Part shown: positions 41,819 to 51,958 of the stretch, one piece after another | Layout of the letters: the number at the start of each line of letters is the position of its first letter | Numbering within the stretch: the first letter of the stretch is position 1 | Source of the DNA: Gammaproteobacteria bacterium | GTDB lineage: Bacteria; Pseudomonadota; Gammaproteobacteria; Eutrophobiales; Eutrophobiaceae | DNA length: 64,000 nt | NCBI GenBank assembly: GCA_963422205.2 | Contig: CAXMWX010000001.1 | Location: 448,001 to 512,000 of the forward strand | Reading direction: 5' to 3' | Program-made: the position numbers and the translations under genes | Notes under the pieces: generated by a model | The model's input: only the letters and a program-made list of their open reading frames with translations | The model's database searches: none | Told to the model about the DNA's origin: nothing

Positions 41819-43471
41819 TTACCTGCCGGGCTGTACTGTCAAGGCGCTCTCATTGTAGCTTTCCAGCTCCGCTGTGCTTAACTTGAAATTACCCAGGCGC
41901 ATGGTCATGTAGTCATCGAAATAACGTTTTAACGAGCGCTCAATACCGGCATCGTAATCGGGCCTGAGCACGTGTGTGGTTGTTTTCGGCAGGGCGCAGA
42001 CCTTGCCGTCTTTCACCACCCGCTCGCCATTTTTAAATACATACGCTGGTCGGCTGAACATTCTCTCGACATTCTTATCGGGGCTGTAGACCGCGATATC
42101 AGCCCGTGCGCCAGCGCCCAGATGCCCGCTGTCAGTCAGCCCCAGGCTCCTGGCGGGGGCGGCACGGGTCAGGATGGCGATTTCATGCAGCGTGTATTCC
42201 CGGGTGATGCTGGCCAGATGGCTGGCCCCGGCGGCCTCTGGATGAATGCGCTTGAGCATATCGTTGCGAAAGCTCTTGTCCATCAATAGACGAATCAGAT
42301 GAGGGTATGAGGTGAACGGCGCACCATTGGGGTGATCGGTGGTTAAAAAAACACGCCAGGGATCGTCCACCAGCAAAAAGATCTCAAGGCCAATACACCA
42401 TTGCAAGGCGTTCACAAAACGCATGTCTCGATACTTGAACGGCACCACCCCGCAGCCGGCATCACATTCAATATCCATACAGACCCACTTATTCGGGTGT
42501 GCATGGGCATGGCCGGCATACTGCATCATGGTATCCGCCGATGTGGTGGCTGTCTGGCCGAACATGATCTGACCCACATCAATGGAAATATTGGGATTGC
42601 TGTTGACCGCTTCGGCAATCTCTGCGGCGGCTGAGGAGAAATTTCTGTCGCCCTCCTGTCCATAGCTGTGAAACTGGACATGCGTTAAGTGCATGGGCCG
42701 TCCCTGTGCGGCGGCGATGGTATCTAACGTGGTCTTGACATTCCCCGGCACGCCCAGGTTACAGCCGTGTACATGCAGCGGGTGGGGTATGGCGATGTCG
42801 GCCACGGCGGTGAGTAATGCCGTCAAGATCGTGCGCGGCGTCAGGCCATAGTGGCGATTTTTCTCATCCAGATCGAGCTGGCGCTGATTAAATTTAAAGG
42901 CACTGATGCCGCCGGGGTTGACCGTCTTTACCCCCATTGCCTGGGTAGCTTGAATAGTCCAGGCGATGTAATCGTTGATGAGTTGCTGATCACGCCCGGC
43001 TTTAAGCAGGCGCAAAAAAAAGTCATCATTGCCTAACAACACATAGGCCCCGGTGTCCAGCATCGGTGTGTCCGCCATCTCCATGTGCGTCTGGCGTGCA
43101 TTGACCGGCAACATGGCTGGTTCAAAGCAGGAGGTATAACCCATCTCAGCATAGCGATAGCCGGTAATGAAGCTGGAGGGCGTACACCGCCCGGAGCCGG
43201 AGCGGGTCAAGCGCCCCCTCCTGACTCTGTTGTCTGCGTGATCCTCGGCCAGCAGCATGCGCCCGATATTGACCTTGCCGCCGCCTATGTGCGTATGGAT
43301 ATCAATCCCTCCCGCCATCACTATCTTGCCGCTGACATCAATAACGGCATCGATCTTTTGATTCCTACCGGGCTTGACCAGCCTGCCATCCTCAATAAAC
43401 ACATCACGTTTTTTACCCGTATCCGCATTCGCCGGATCATAAATGCGACCGCCTTTCAGTCGCATCAGCAT
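41819..43471 (-). CDS. fhcA: Formyltransferase/hydrolase complex subunit A
   Basis: DIHTHIGGGKVN, HLTHVQFHSY, TTDHPNGAPF. Confidence 0.95.
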   Translation of the reverse strand: MLMRLKGGRIYDPANADTGKKRDVFIEDGRLVKPGRNQKIDAVIDVSGKIVMAGGIDIHTHIGGGKVNIGRMLLAEDHADNRVRRGRLTRSGSGRCTPSSFITGYRYAEMGYTSCFEPAMLPVNARQTHMEMADTPMLDTGAYVLLGNDDFFLRLLKAGRDQQLINDYIAWTIQATQAMGVKTVNPGGISAFKFNQRQLDLDEKNRHYGLTPRTILTALLTAVADIAIPHPLHVHGCNLGVPGNVKTTLDTIAAAQGRPMHLTHVQFHSYGQEGDRNFSSAAAEIAEAVNSNPNISIDVGQIMFGQTATTSADTMMQYAGHAHAHPNKWVCMDIECDAGCGVVPFKYRDMRFVNALQWCIGLEIFLLVDDPWRVFLTTDHPNGAPFTSYPHLIRLLMDKSFRNDMLKRIHPEAAGASHLASITREYTLHEIAILTRAAPARSLGLTDSGHLGAGARADIAVYSPDKNVERMFSRPAYVFKNGERVVKDGKVCALPKTTTHVLRPDYDAGIERSLKRYFDDYMTMRLGNFKLSTAELESYNESALTVQPGR

Positions 43472-44715
43472 CCGCTTATCGCCTGTAGCCGGGCTATGAT
43501 CTGTTTAAGCACAGCACCTGTGCTGTACAGTTCGCTGTCACGCAGCTTTTTTAATGGCAGATTGATCACCGCATCGGCACGAAACAGGTTGCCTGCATGA
43601 TCGATGCCGGGCGTGCCTACCGGCAGGTATATCGTGGCACCTTTGCGAACGGCCTGATTGTTCGAGATGATGATGCCTGGCACATCCAGGGTCGGCGGGG
43701 TATCTCTCTCCAGGCTGGAAATCCAGACCAGGGCATCACACTCGGCCGGGTATGGCGTGTACGGGTCGGGTTGGCTGTCGGGGAAGCCATCGGTAAAACG
43801 CAGCCCGGCGGGGAAACCGGTTTGCCAGGTGGCGACTTGTTGTAACGATCCACCGGCATTATTATCCGTCAGTGCCAGCCCGGCGGCCCGTTGGCGTTGA
43901 TTCAGTTTGGCGATCAGATCGGTGATCGTGCGGATAAGCAAATCGGCACTGTCTGCCGGCAGGGCGGCGGCCGACCAGATAAAAACCGGATAGTGCGCTG
44001 CCTGGATCAGGGCGCTTGCCTGCTTGAGTTTTTTCAGTTTTTCTCTGGCAATGTTTTGATCCGTACCGCGCTGACCAAGCAGCGTGCATTTAAGTAATGT
44101 CAGCAGGTTGAGCAGCCCGTTGCCAGTGGCCGGTATGTGCAGTAAAGATTCGCCCAGTTTGATTTTCTCCTGCCGGCTCGCCTGCCCGATACAGATCAGT
44201 TTTCTCCGCTGTCCTTTGGGAAGAAACTGCGCCTGCCTGGTGGTGATAAACCTGTCGAGCAGGCGGGGGTACTTCGTGGTGATTTTATCGCCGATGAACA
44301 CCACCACATCGGCGCGATTTTTCAACTCGGCAAACGTGGTCATCATCCCGCCGCCGGTCTGCATCACATTGAGATTGTGTAATGTGCTGTCCTCGTATTT
44401 GTGTCGGATCACCGCATTGGTTAATTCGGCGAGATGAAGCGCCGCACGGAGCCCGTTTATGTCTGTCCCGAGATCGGCAATCAGCGGTCGCCTGGATTTT
44501 TTCAGCAGGATGGCGGCGTGTTTTACCGCCTCTGTATGTGATACGGGTTGTTGGTGTGCATAGGCTTGTGCTCCTGGCGGGGCCTGCTTAAAGCCCCGGG
44601 CGGCAAGTACACAGCCATGATTGACGACCTGCAATCGCCTCTGCCGTGCCTGCACGGACAGATCATCACATAATAGACTGCAAAAAGGGCAGGTTATGTC
44701 ATGCAATGTCGTCAC
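43465..44715 (-). CDS. fhcB: Formyltransferase/hydrolase complex subunit B (non-catalytic)
   Basis: CPFCSLLCDD, ELKNRADV, WQTGFP; lacks catalytic Cys-His and RGH. Confidence 0.9.
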   Translation of the reverse strand: MTTLHDITCPFCSLLCDDLSVQARQRRLQVVNHGCVLAARGFKQAPPGAQAYAHQQPVSHTEAVKHAAILLKKSRRPLIADLGTDINGLRAALHLAELTNAVIRHKYEDSTLHNLNVMQTGGGMMTTFAELKNRADVVVFIGDKITTKYPRLLDRFITTRQAQFLPKGQRRKLICIGQASRQEKIKLGESLLHIPATGNGLLNLLTLLKCTLLGQRGTDQNIAREKLKKLKQASALIQAAHYPVFIWSAAALPADSADLLIRTITDLIAKLNQRQRAAGLALTDNNAGGSLQQVATWQTGFPAGLRFTDGFPDSQPDPYTPYPAECDALVWISSLERDTPPTLDVPGIIISNNQAVRKGATIYLPVGTPGIDHAGNLFRADAVINLPLKKLRDSELYSTGAVLKQIIARLQAISGC

Positions 44716-44822
44716 TATGGCCTCTGTCTCGGTACGGCTTACGGTTATCCATCAGGAGCAACAGCCTGGCTTATCGCAGGCTGTGCGTGGGTGCGGAGAG
44801 TTAAGAGTTGTCTACGGCGGCG

Positions 44823-46196
44823 TCAGTCCAACAAGGCCAGCATGGCAGAGATGTCGGTATATTTTTCTCGGGGCTTTCCCGCTGCCTGGCCTCGCTCTAT
44901 CTCGCTTGCGTCAATTTTTTTCCAATCCTCAAAACTGACGTATCGTATGTTACGTTCAGTCAGGATCGTATAACAGCCTTCAGCCCCGGTTTTCGCCTCG
45001 CCTGTGTCAAGCCGGTCGATGTCGTCAAGTAAACAACCGACAGTCTCAACACTGTCTGCGCGGTTGGTGCCGATGATACCAGTTGCCCCCCGTTTTATCC
45101 ATCCTGCGGTATACAGCCCGGGCATGAGGCCATCGGCAGCGTGAATACGCCCCATCTGGTTGGCAAAGACCCCGCTGCTCTCATCAAACGGCACACCGGG
45201 CATCGCCCGTCCCTGATAGCCGATGCTGCGAAACACGAGGCCTGTTTCTATCTCATACCTTGCCCCCGTCCCGTGTGCTTTTTGGGAGAAGGGTTCGCCC
45301 GCCAGCCGGTTACTCTCCAGCACGATGCGCTGCACCCGGCCATTGCCAGTGATGGCCACCGGGCTGTTAAGAAAGGTAAATCGGCATTGTCTTGCCTTGG
45401 TGGTGCGGCGTTCGGAGAATTGTTTGAATAGATCCACCACCTTCCGACTGCCAGCGTTGGTTTTCTCGGCAAGTTCGGCCTTGCTTTCGGGATTAAGCTG
45501 CAAGTCCTCTGTGGCAACCACCGGATCGCACATGGCCAGCTCTCCAAATTCCTTCAGCTCTTTTGAGGTAAATTTCGCCTGTGCCGGCCCCCGCCGGCCA
45601 ATCACATACACCTGCTTGATTTTGCTCATCGCCAGGGCATCCAGTGCATGTTGGGCGATGTCGGTGTGTTTTAACTCATCGATCGTCTTGCTGAGGATAC
45701 GGCTGACATCGGCTGCCACATTCCCCTGGCCGATGATGACCGCCGTCTCATGGGAAAGATCAAATTGCCGATCACGGTAATCCGGGTGACCGTTATACCA
45801 GCCGACAAACTCGGTTGCCGTATGACTGCCGGGCAGGTCTTCACCCGGAATCTCCAGCCGGCGGTCGGTCTCGGCACCACAACTTAAAATGACCGCATGG
45901 TGGGTTTGTTGCAACTCTGTGATGCTGATATCCCGGCCCACAGTCACGTTGCCGAGGTAGTTGAATTGGCTCGCCTCGGCGATGCGGGCATAGACCTTGA
46001 TCACCTGCTTTAACTTGGGATGATCCGGGGCGACTCCGCTACGCACCAGACCATAAGGAGTGGGCAGGCGTTCCAGCAGGGTAATGTTCACCGTCAAGGC
46101 GGATTTAAGCAGTGCCTCGGCGGCATAAAAACCGCTGGGGCCGCTGCCGACGATAGCGACCTGAAGCGGGTTAGCCGGCGTGCCTGTGTGACTCAT
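44823..46196 (-). CDS. Ferredoxin-NADP+ reductase (FprA/adrenodoxin reductase type)
   Basis: GSGPSG, GLVRSGVAPDH, IGQGNVAADV, GWIKRG, GKPREK. Confidence 0.92.
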   Translation of the reverse strand: MSHTGTPANPLQVAIVGSGPSGFYAAEALLKSALTVNITLLERLPTPYGLVRSGVAPDHPKLKQVIKVYARIAEASQFNYLGNVTVGRDISITELQQTHHAVILSCGAETDRRLEIPGEDLPGSHTATEFVGWYNGHPDYRDRQFDLSHETAVIIGQGNVAADVSRILSKTIDELKHTDIAQHALDALAMSKIKQVYVIGRRGPAQAKFTSKELKEFGELAMCDPVVATEDLQLNPESKAELAEKTNAGSRKVVDLFKQFSERRTTKARQCRFTFLNSPVAITGNGRVQRIVLESNRLAGEPFSQKAHGTGARYEIETGLVFRSIGYQGRAMPGVPFDESSGVFANQMGRIHAADGLMPGLYTAGWIKRGATGIIGTNRADSVETVGCLLDDIDRLDTGEAKTGAEGCYTILTERNIRYVSFEDWKKIDASEIERGQAAGKPREKYTDISAMLALLD

Positions 46197-46249
46197 GGCC
46201 TGTCGTGTTTTTTAACCGATGCCAGGGCGAGACTGCCTTGACAGCGTGG

Positions 46250-46555
46250 TCATAAACCCAGGGCGGCCTTCTTCTCATCGGCACCGGGCAGGGGTTCCAT
46301 GGAATCGGCGCAAACGGGCAGGGCAGGTGCTCTCTGGGCATTGATGTCAATCCACTCCAGCTTGTCTTCCGGCAAGTCATCTTCCTCATAAATGGCCTGC
46401 ACCGGGCATTCCGGGATACAGGCGCTACAGTCAATGCAGACATCGGGATCGATGTAGAGCATCTGCTCATCATAGTGAAAACACTCTACCGGGCAGACAG
46501 TCACGCAGTCTGTGTAACGGCAGTCTTTACAATTATCGGTGACAACGGTCGTCAT
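46250..46555 (-). CDS. Dicluster ferredoxin (FdxA/7Fe type)
   Basis: CxxCxxxxCxxxCP and CIDCSACIPECP. Confidence 0.93.
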   Translation of the reverse strand: MTTVVTDNCKDCRYTDCVTVCPVECFHYDEQMLYIDPDVCIDCSACIPECPVQAIYEEDDLPEDKLEWIDINAQRAPALPVCADSMEPLPGADEKKAALGL

Positions 46556-46638
46556 GTTTCTCTCCTTAAAGCCGGGTGCTGAACGATGCAGATTCTAACC
46601 TGCCTGCAGGGGGTAATGATAGCTTAAAAATAAAAATC

Positions 46639-47451
46639 TCAGCCGGCGTAAAGTAATATTTCACCTTTATTTAACTCCACGCCATCCCCGCAAAAACGCC
46701 TGTAGCTGCCGGCTTTATGTGCTGCCGTCAAGGCCAGCCCCAGCTGTTGCAGATAAATAAAATACATACGCAGAAAGGCCGGCGGCCAGGTGCAGGCGTA
46801 AGTGAAGGTCGGTAACAACTCCGCCTGCTTGAGCGATACGATAGACCCTCTTTTCATGCCGGCCCCGGTGCGAAGCCCCAGCTCTCCCAACACCATGATC
46901 GTACCGGCCAGCATGTTCACGCCGGTGAAGTCGCCGCTGTTGCCGGCGATGGCGATCAGCCCATTACGCATGGCATGACCCACTTCGTTACGGGCGCTGC
47001 CGTGGATGATGATCTCCCCGCCACACATGCCCGTGGCCGCCCCCCGGTAGGCACTGCCAATCATGTGGCCAGCATCACCATAGATGATGATGCGACCGCC
47101 GGACATCTCCGGCCCGACCCAGTCGTCAGCGTTGCCCTCTACCCGTATCTCACCGCCCCGCATCCCCGCCCCCAGATGCGGGCCGACATCGCCCTCAATA
47201 TGCAGGCTGCCATGGGTCATCTGGGCGCCCAGGAATTTAACTTTGGACAGATCGCCAGAGATACGCACCGTGCGGTCATCTGCATTGCCTGAAACAGCAA
47301 AAAAATCGGCCAGCAGGCAGGGCTGATTGCCATAGTGCAGGGGCAGTTTTTCAATCTCGGTATGGCCTAACCCAGATAATCTGTCGGGGGTGATGGTATC
47401 GGCTTCCAGCGGCACATCAGGGCAGACCCGTTGTGTAAGTTCCAGTGCCAT
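46639..47451 (-). CDS. fwdC: Formylmethanofuran dehydrogenase subunit C (copy 2)
   Basis: GxxMxGG repeats, KGEILL end. Confidence 0.9.
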   Translation of the reverse strand: MALELTQRVCPDVPLEADTITPDRLSGLGHTEIEKLPLHYGNQPCLLADFFAVSGNADDRTVRISGDLSKVKFLGAQMTHGSLHIEGDVGPHLGAGMRGGEIRVEGNADDWVGPEMSGGRIIIYGDAGHMIGSAYRGAATGMCGGEIIIHGSARNEVGHAMRNGLIAIAGNSGDFTGVNMLAGTIMVLGELGLRTGAGMKRGSIVSLKQAELLPTFTYACTWPPAFLRMYFIYLQQLGLALTAAHKAGSYRRFCGDGVELNKGEILLYAG

Positions 47452-47452
47452 G

Positions 47453-48340
47453 TCAACCGGCCATGAGTTCATGTAAGTGAATTTTATATTGCCCCAGGCT
47501 GCCGCCATAATTCCCTGCACTGATCTTGACCACCCCTGGCCGGGCGGCGGCCTCCACACCTGCCTGCATTGCCGCCCTGATGGCAGCTTCTGTGAGTCCG
47601 TCGATGACTATCTCCAGTACACAGTTGACCTCATCGGGTAATGCCGTGCTGGTGAGGGCCTTTAAGGTGGGGCAATAGGCTTCGTTGGTTGAGGCGGGCA
47701 GCCCCTTGTAGCGAGAGCCGACCTTGCTGCCGCTACGTACCACACCATCCGGGAAAGGCAGGATGATATCGCCGCACATACGCATGGCCTGCACCGCTGC
47801 CGTGGCGGCGGACAGGCCCTGTTCTGCATCGGTTGCCATCAGGATAATATTGCCGCCTGCCACGGCCTCCTGCACGGCAAAACTCTCGGCCACGGTAAAC
47901 TCACCATCCATCACCGGAATACGCCAGTAGCGCCGGCCGGCAAGTTGTTTACTGGCCTGGAAGCCATCGCCGAAATAGCGCAGTTGGGAGCCAACCTGCA
48001 CAGTCTGTTCATTCTCAAGCCCGCTGAAACATGCCGTGGTCGGGCAGGTCATCACACACTGGCCGATGCGTTCCACCAGCCGTTTGCCAACCGCTGCCTT
48101 GTCCATCGCAAATAACAAGACACTGACGCCAGGCCGCTCGTCCGGTGTTTGTTCGGGCGATAATGTGGTTTCAATGCCGGCTTCGCATTGGCAGCCAATG
48201 ATGGAGGTGGCGAATCCGGTCATTGTCTGTGCGGCGGCCAGCGCCCATTGTTCAGTCGCCGCGGTGATGATCACACGTGTGCCCCACAGTGCGAAGGCCT
48301 CAGCAAAGGTATCTGCTATGTCGGTGGTTCTGAGCCTCAT
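47453..48340 (-). CDS. ftr: Formylmethanofuran:H4MPT formyltransferase (copy 2)
   Basis: DTFAEAF, RIGQCVMTCPTT, RSGSKVGS, SAGNYGG. Confidence 0.95.
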   Translation of the reverse strand: MRLRTTDIADTFAEAFALWGTRVIITAATEQWALAAAQTMTGFATSIIGCQCEAGIETTLSPEQTPDERPGVSVLLFAMDKAAVGKRLVERIGQCVMTCPTTACFSGLENEQTVQVGSQLRYFGDGFQASKQLAGRRYWRIPVMDGEFTVAESFAVQEAVAGGNIILMATDAEQGLSAATAAVQAMRMCGDIILPFPDGVVRSGSKVGSRYKGLPASTNEAYCPTLKALTSTALPDEVNCVLEIVIDGLTEAAIRAAMQAGVEAAARPGVVKISAGNYGGSLGQYKIHLHELMAG

Positions 48341-49980
48341 CCTGGCACGGTTGCAATGATTTGGTGATCATGCAGGTAGCTGTCGTTGACGGCATAGTTA
48401 TCGAACTCAATGGAGTAATAGTTCTCAAAGAACGGCCTCACCTGCCGAACAATGCCATCATCATAACCGGGTTCGACATGTAAAAATTTACCGCTGTGAT
48501 CCTGGCGGAACTCATGATCTTCTATCACCGGTATGCCGGCCTTGAAGACATACCGCGGTGCATTGAACATGGCCTCTTTGTCTTCCATGTCATCATAGAC
48601 GGTGATGTCGGCATCGGCACCGGCCGCCAAATGCCCCTTGTTGTTCAAACCCAGCGCCCGGGCCGGGCCGGCGCGGGTGATGATGGCGATCTCGTTTAGG
48701 GTATATTCCCGATCTAGCTCGTTCAGCATGGTCTGGTTGATCGCCTTTTGGTTCACCCGCTTGATCTCCTCGGCACGAAACGCGCTGTCCATCAGCAGCC
48801 GGATCAGTTTAGGATAGCTCATGAACGAGCCGCCGTTGGGGTGATCCGTTGACAGCACGATGCGCCAGGGATCGTTTGACAGCAGGAATAATTCGAGACC
48901 AATCGCCCATTGCAGGGCGTGTACGTAGACATGTTCCTGGTAGTTGAACGGCACGATGCCGCAGCCGCTTTCACATTCGGTATCCGCATTGACCCATTTG
49001 CCCTTCTTAAACCCCCGCAACATGTACGCCAGGGGTGCATCGGCGGTCATGATGGTGGATTTGCCAAACATGACCTGGCCGACATCGCAGGTAATGTTCG
49101 GATGGGCATTGACATACTCGGCTATTTCTCTGGCGGCTGATTTCGGGTTTTTACCCAACTCGCCGGCATAGCTGTGAAACTGGATATGGGCGAGGTGGAC
49201 CCGTCTGTCAGCGGCGGTTTTCATGGTCTCCAGCGTGGTGGTGACATTGCCGCTGTGGCCGAGGTTGTTGCAATGAATGTGCGGCGGGTGAGGCAGGCCC
49301 AGTGCATTGACGCTGTCAATAAACGCCTCAATAATCTGCCGTGGCGTGATCTCAAAGACATCGCTCTGCTCATCAATGTGGGTAACATTGGCATTTTTTT
49401 TGCCCTTCCAGGGCTCATCGCCGCCCGGGTTGACCAGCTTGGTCGTGTAGGCCTTGGTTGCATTGATCCACCAGGCAACCGCCTGTTTGAACTCCTCTGT
49501 GCGCTTTTCCCTGAGCAGTTGCTGTAGAAAGATATTATTGCCGAGCAACACATAAAAGCCTTTATCGATCACGGGTGTGTCGTGCAATTCCTCAATGGTA
49601 TGGCGAGCGCCAATGGGCGTGACGGCAGCTTCCATGGCCGTGGTGTAACCCAGGGCGGCATAGCGGTAGCCCGTGGCAAAGGTTGAGGGGACGGTGCCGC
49701 CTGAGCCAGACCGGGTACAAGCGGTGGCCGGATGGGGATCATGCCGATGATCCTCCGGCTGGAGTTTGCGCGCCAGATTGACCTTCGGGCCGGCGATATG
49801 GCAATGAATGTCCACCCCGCCGGGCATGACGACCATGCCATCAAGGGCATATCTTCTCGGCGTAGCAGAGGGTGATTTAACGATTATGCCGTTTTCAATA
49901 AAGAGGTCTTTGACCTGGCCGTTGATACCATTGCCAGGGTCATATACCCGGCCGCCAGCAAGCTGTATGCAGTCTGTCAT
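48337..49980 (-). CDS. fwdA: Formylmethanofuran dehydrogenase subunit A
   Basis: DIHCHIAGPKVN, KLVNPGG, HIHCNNLG, STDHPNGG. Confidence 0.93.
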   Translation of the reverse strand: MTDCIQLAGGRVYDPGNGINGQVKDLFIENGIIVKSPSATPRRYALDGMVVMPGGVDIHCHIAGPKVNLARKLQPEDHRHDPHPATACTRSGSGGTVPSTFATGYRYAALGYTTAMEAAVTPIGARHTIEELHDTPVIDKGFYVLLGNNIFLQQLLREKRTEEFKQAVAWWINATKAYTTKLVNPGGDEPWKGKKNANVTHIDEQSDVFEITPRQIIEAFIDSVNALGLPHPPHIHCNNLGHSGNVTTTLETMKTAADRRVHLAHIQFHSYAGELGKNPKSAAREIAEYVNAHPNITCDVGQVMFGKSTIMTADAPLAYMLRGFKKGKWVNADTECESGCGIVPFNYQEHVYVHALQWAIGLELFLLSNDPWRIVLSTDHPNGGSFMSYPKLIRLLMDSAFRAEEIKRVNQKAINQTMLNELDREYTLNEIAIITRAGPARALGLNNKGHLAAGADADITVYDDMEDKEAMFNAPRYVFKAGIPVIEDHEFRQDHSGKFLHVEPGYDDGIVRQVRPFFENYYSIEFDNYAVNDSYLHDHQIIATVPG

Positions 49981-50037
49981 TATCTTTTGGGATGATTATG
50001 TTTATGGCGGGTCAGCCGCCGGTTGCTGTCCGCCAGC

Positions 50038-51414
50038 TCATGGCATGGCGGCGGTCATCTGCTCATCTGCATCAGCACGCCGAACGATGTGACTGCTCTC
50101 GCTTCTGGCCTGTACCAACTCCTGCACACGCTGTTTGATGGCCGTGAGTATCTCCTCATCGGTGGGGAAGGGCGAATCATAGACCTTACGCAGGGTGATG
50201 GGGACATCGTCCATGCGATAGACCGTGCCGGTGGTGTTGATGCCGTAGGTTGCCGTCCGAAAAGCGACATGTGCCAGCCTGCTGGTCAGGGTTTCCTTGG
50301 TATCCAGGCAGATCACCGGTATGTTGGACAGATGATCGATCGCTGCCCTGGGGAAATTAGCCGCCGGATCACTGGCGATAATCAAGGCGGCATCAGCATC
50401 TTGTTTTGCCAGGACATCGACCGTGGTAAATTCGCCCGGGTTAAACCGCGGGAAGCCGCGGCTGAAATTCACGCCAAAGGGATACCCTGTCTGCCAGGAC
50501 AGGACGTTATCAGCACCGGTCACGTTGCCATGACCACGCACTGGCTTGGCGACAAAATGGGTATATTCGTTTAAGTCTGTTGCCAGTGCCAACAGGGCGC
50601 CTGAGTTGAAATGTCGGCCGCGGGTCATGGTCAGCCCCATGCCAAAAAACAGCACGCCGTAGCGACAGTTCCTCATCATCTCCACCAGCATCTGCATCAC
50701 CTGCTGGCTGACGCCGGTAATCGCTTCAATATTCTCGGCCAGTGATCGGCCTTTGAGCAAGGCACGCAGCGCCCACAGCAATTCAAAATCCTTACCCGGT
50801 TTGACCTGCACAAAATGATTGGCCGCCGGTGCGCTGGGCGTCTTGCGTACATCCACCACCACGACCGTGCGATCTTTCTTGCCTTTGGGGGTGAACATCC
50901 CCTTGGCCGTGACGGCATAGCGACCGAAATGGCGCGGGTGCGATTCCGCCGGATTGCCGCCCCAGTAGATGACCAGATCGGCGCGGTTTTTAACCTCGCC
51001 CAGCGTCATGGTGCTCTCCCCTACCCCCTGAAAGGCCAGGCCTGATGGCCCGTGGCAGACCGAGGTGGTGGTGTCTATGTTGCCCCGGCTAATATCGGCA
51101 ATCGCCACCGCCTGTCGCTGTGCCTCGCAGGTGGTATCACTCAGGCCATAGATGATCGGGAACCTCGCCCGGGCGAGGGTCTGTGCGGCCTGTTCAATGG
51201 CCTCATCCAGCGATGCCGGCTGGCCGTCGATCAACGCCGCCGGGGCAGCTTCGTCGATCGTATGTTCAGCAAACCAGGCACGACCCAGCACGCAGGCATT
51301 TTTTGATTTGATAATGCGTTTCGCCTCCTCATCCACACTCAAGATCATGTCATCACACACACAGCCACAGAAGGTGCAGGTGGCGTTTTTGATCACGTTG
51401 ATATTGGCGCTCAT
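50038..51414 (-). CDS. fwdB: Formylmethanofuran dehydrogenase subunit B, catalytic residues intact
   Basis: CTFCGCVCDD..C, SVCHGP, HPRH, RGHGNVTG, VYRMD. Confidence 0.93.
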   Translation of the reverse strand: MSANINVIKNATCTFCGCVCDDMILSVDEEAKRIIKSKNACVLGRAWFAEHTIDEAAPAALIDGQPASLDEAIEQAAQTLARARFPIIYGLSDTTCEAQRQAVAIADISRGNIDTTTSVCHGPSGLAFQGVGESTMTLGEVKNRADLVIYWGGNPAESHPRHFGRYAVTAKGMFTPKGKKDRTVVVVDVRKTPSAPAANHFVQVKPGKDFELLWALRALLKGRSLAENIEAITGVSQQVMQMLVEMMRNCRYGVLFFGMGLTMTRGRHFNSGALLALATDLNEYTHFVAKPVRGHGNVTGADNVLSWQTGYPFGVNFSRGFPRFNPGEFTTVDVLAKQDADAALIIASDPAANFPRAAIDHLSNIPVICLDTKETLTSRLAHVAFRTATYGINTTGTVYRMDDVPITLRKVYDSPFPTDEEILTAIKQRVQELVQARSESSHIVRRADADEQMTAAMP

Positions 51415-51420
51415 GGTGTT

Positions 51421-51777
51421 TTACGTTACCGGTTGAATTGATGAGATTTTCTCTACATCCACTGCCAGGTGTTTTGAGAGCGGCATACCGCTGCCCGCCG
51501 TATCGCTTTCCATAAGCTGGCTGGACTGGGGGCCGTAGGGAATGAACAGCATACCGGCGGGCAGACCGGTGCCCGCCGTACAGGTGACGATTGCCTCGCC
51601 GATGGCATTGCTTAACCGCAGGCGATCGCCCTCGCTGAACCCCAGGTGCTGCATATCCTCCTGACTCATCTCGACAGTGGAGGTGACTTGCTGGTAGTCC
51701 GCTTTCAGCTTACCTTTGTTGAGTGTGGTGCCCTGTTGTTTCGAACGCCCGGGCACCAGGAGCATATTTGTTGGCAT
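51421..51777 (-). CDS. fwdD: Formylmethanofuran dehydrogenase subunit D (pterin dinucleotide-binding)
   Basis: GRSKQQG, GMLFIPYGP, TAGSGMP. Confidence 0.88.
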   Translation of the reverse strand: MPTNMLLVPGRSKQQGTTLNKGKLKADYQQVTSTVEMSQEDMQHLGFSEGDRLRLSNAIGEAIVTCTAGTGLPAGMLFIPYGPQSSQLMESDTAGSGMPLSKHLAVDVEKISSIQPVT

Positions 51778-51958
51778 AGATTGGCTCCGTTGCAGCGCAA
51801 CATAAATTATTGATATTATGCAGGTATTACGCTCGGAAACATGCCATCGCTACTGTCCCCTGATACGGGTTTCAGTAATATCACTTTCAGCGATGAGCGT
51901 CAAATTAAGACCAATACAACGCGATGGCAGAGAAAACCATGACAGATCATACCAGAGC

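Noticed and set aside
50038-51414. Selenocysteine in FwdB or FdhA
   Set aside because: Both have Cys codons at the catalytic position and uninterrupted ORFs
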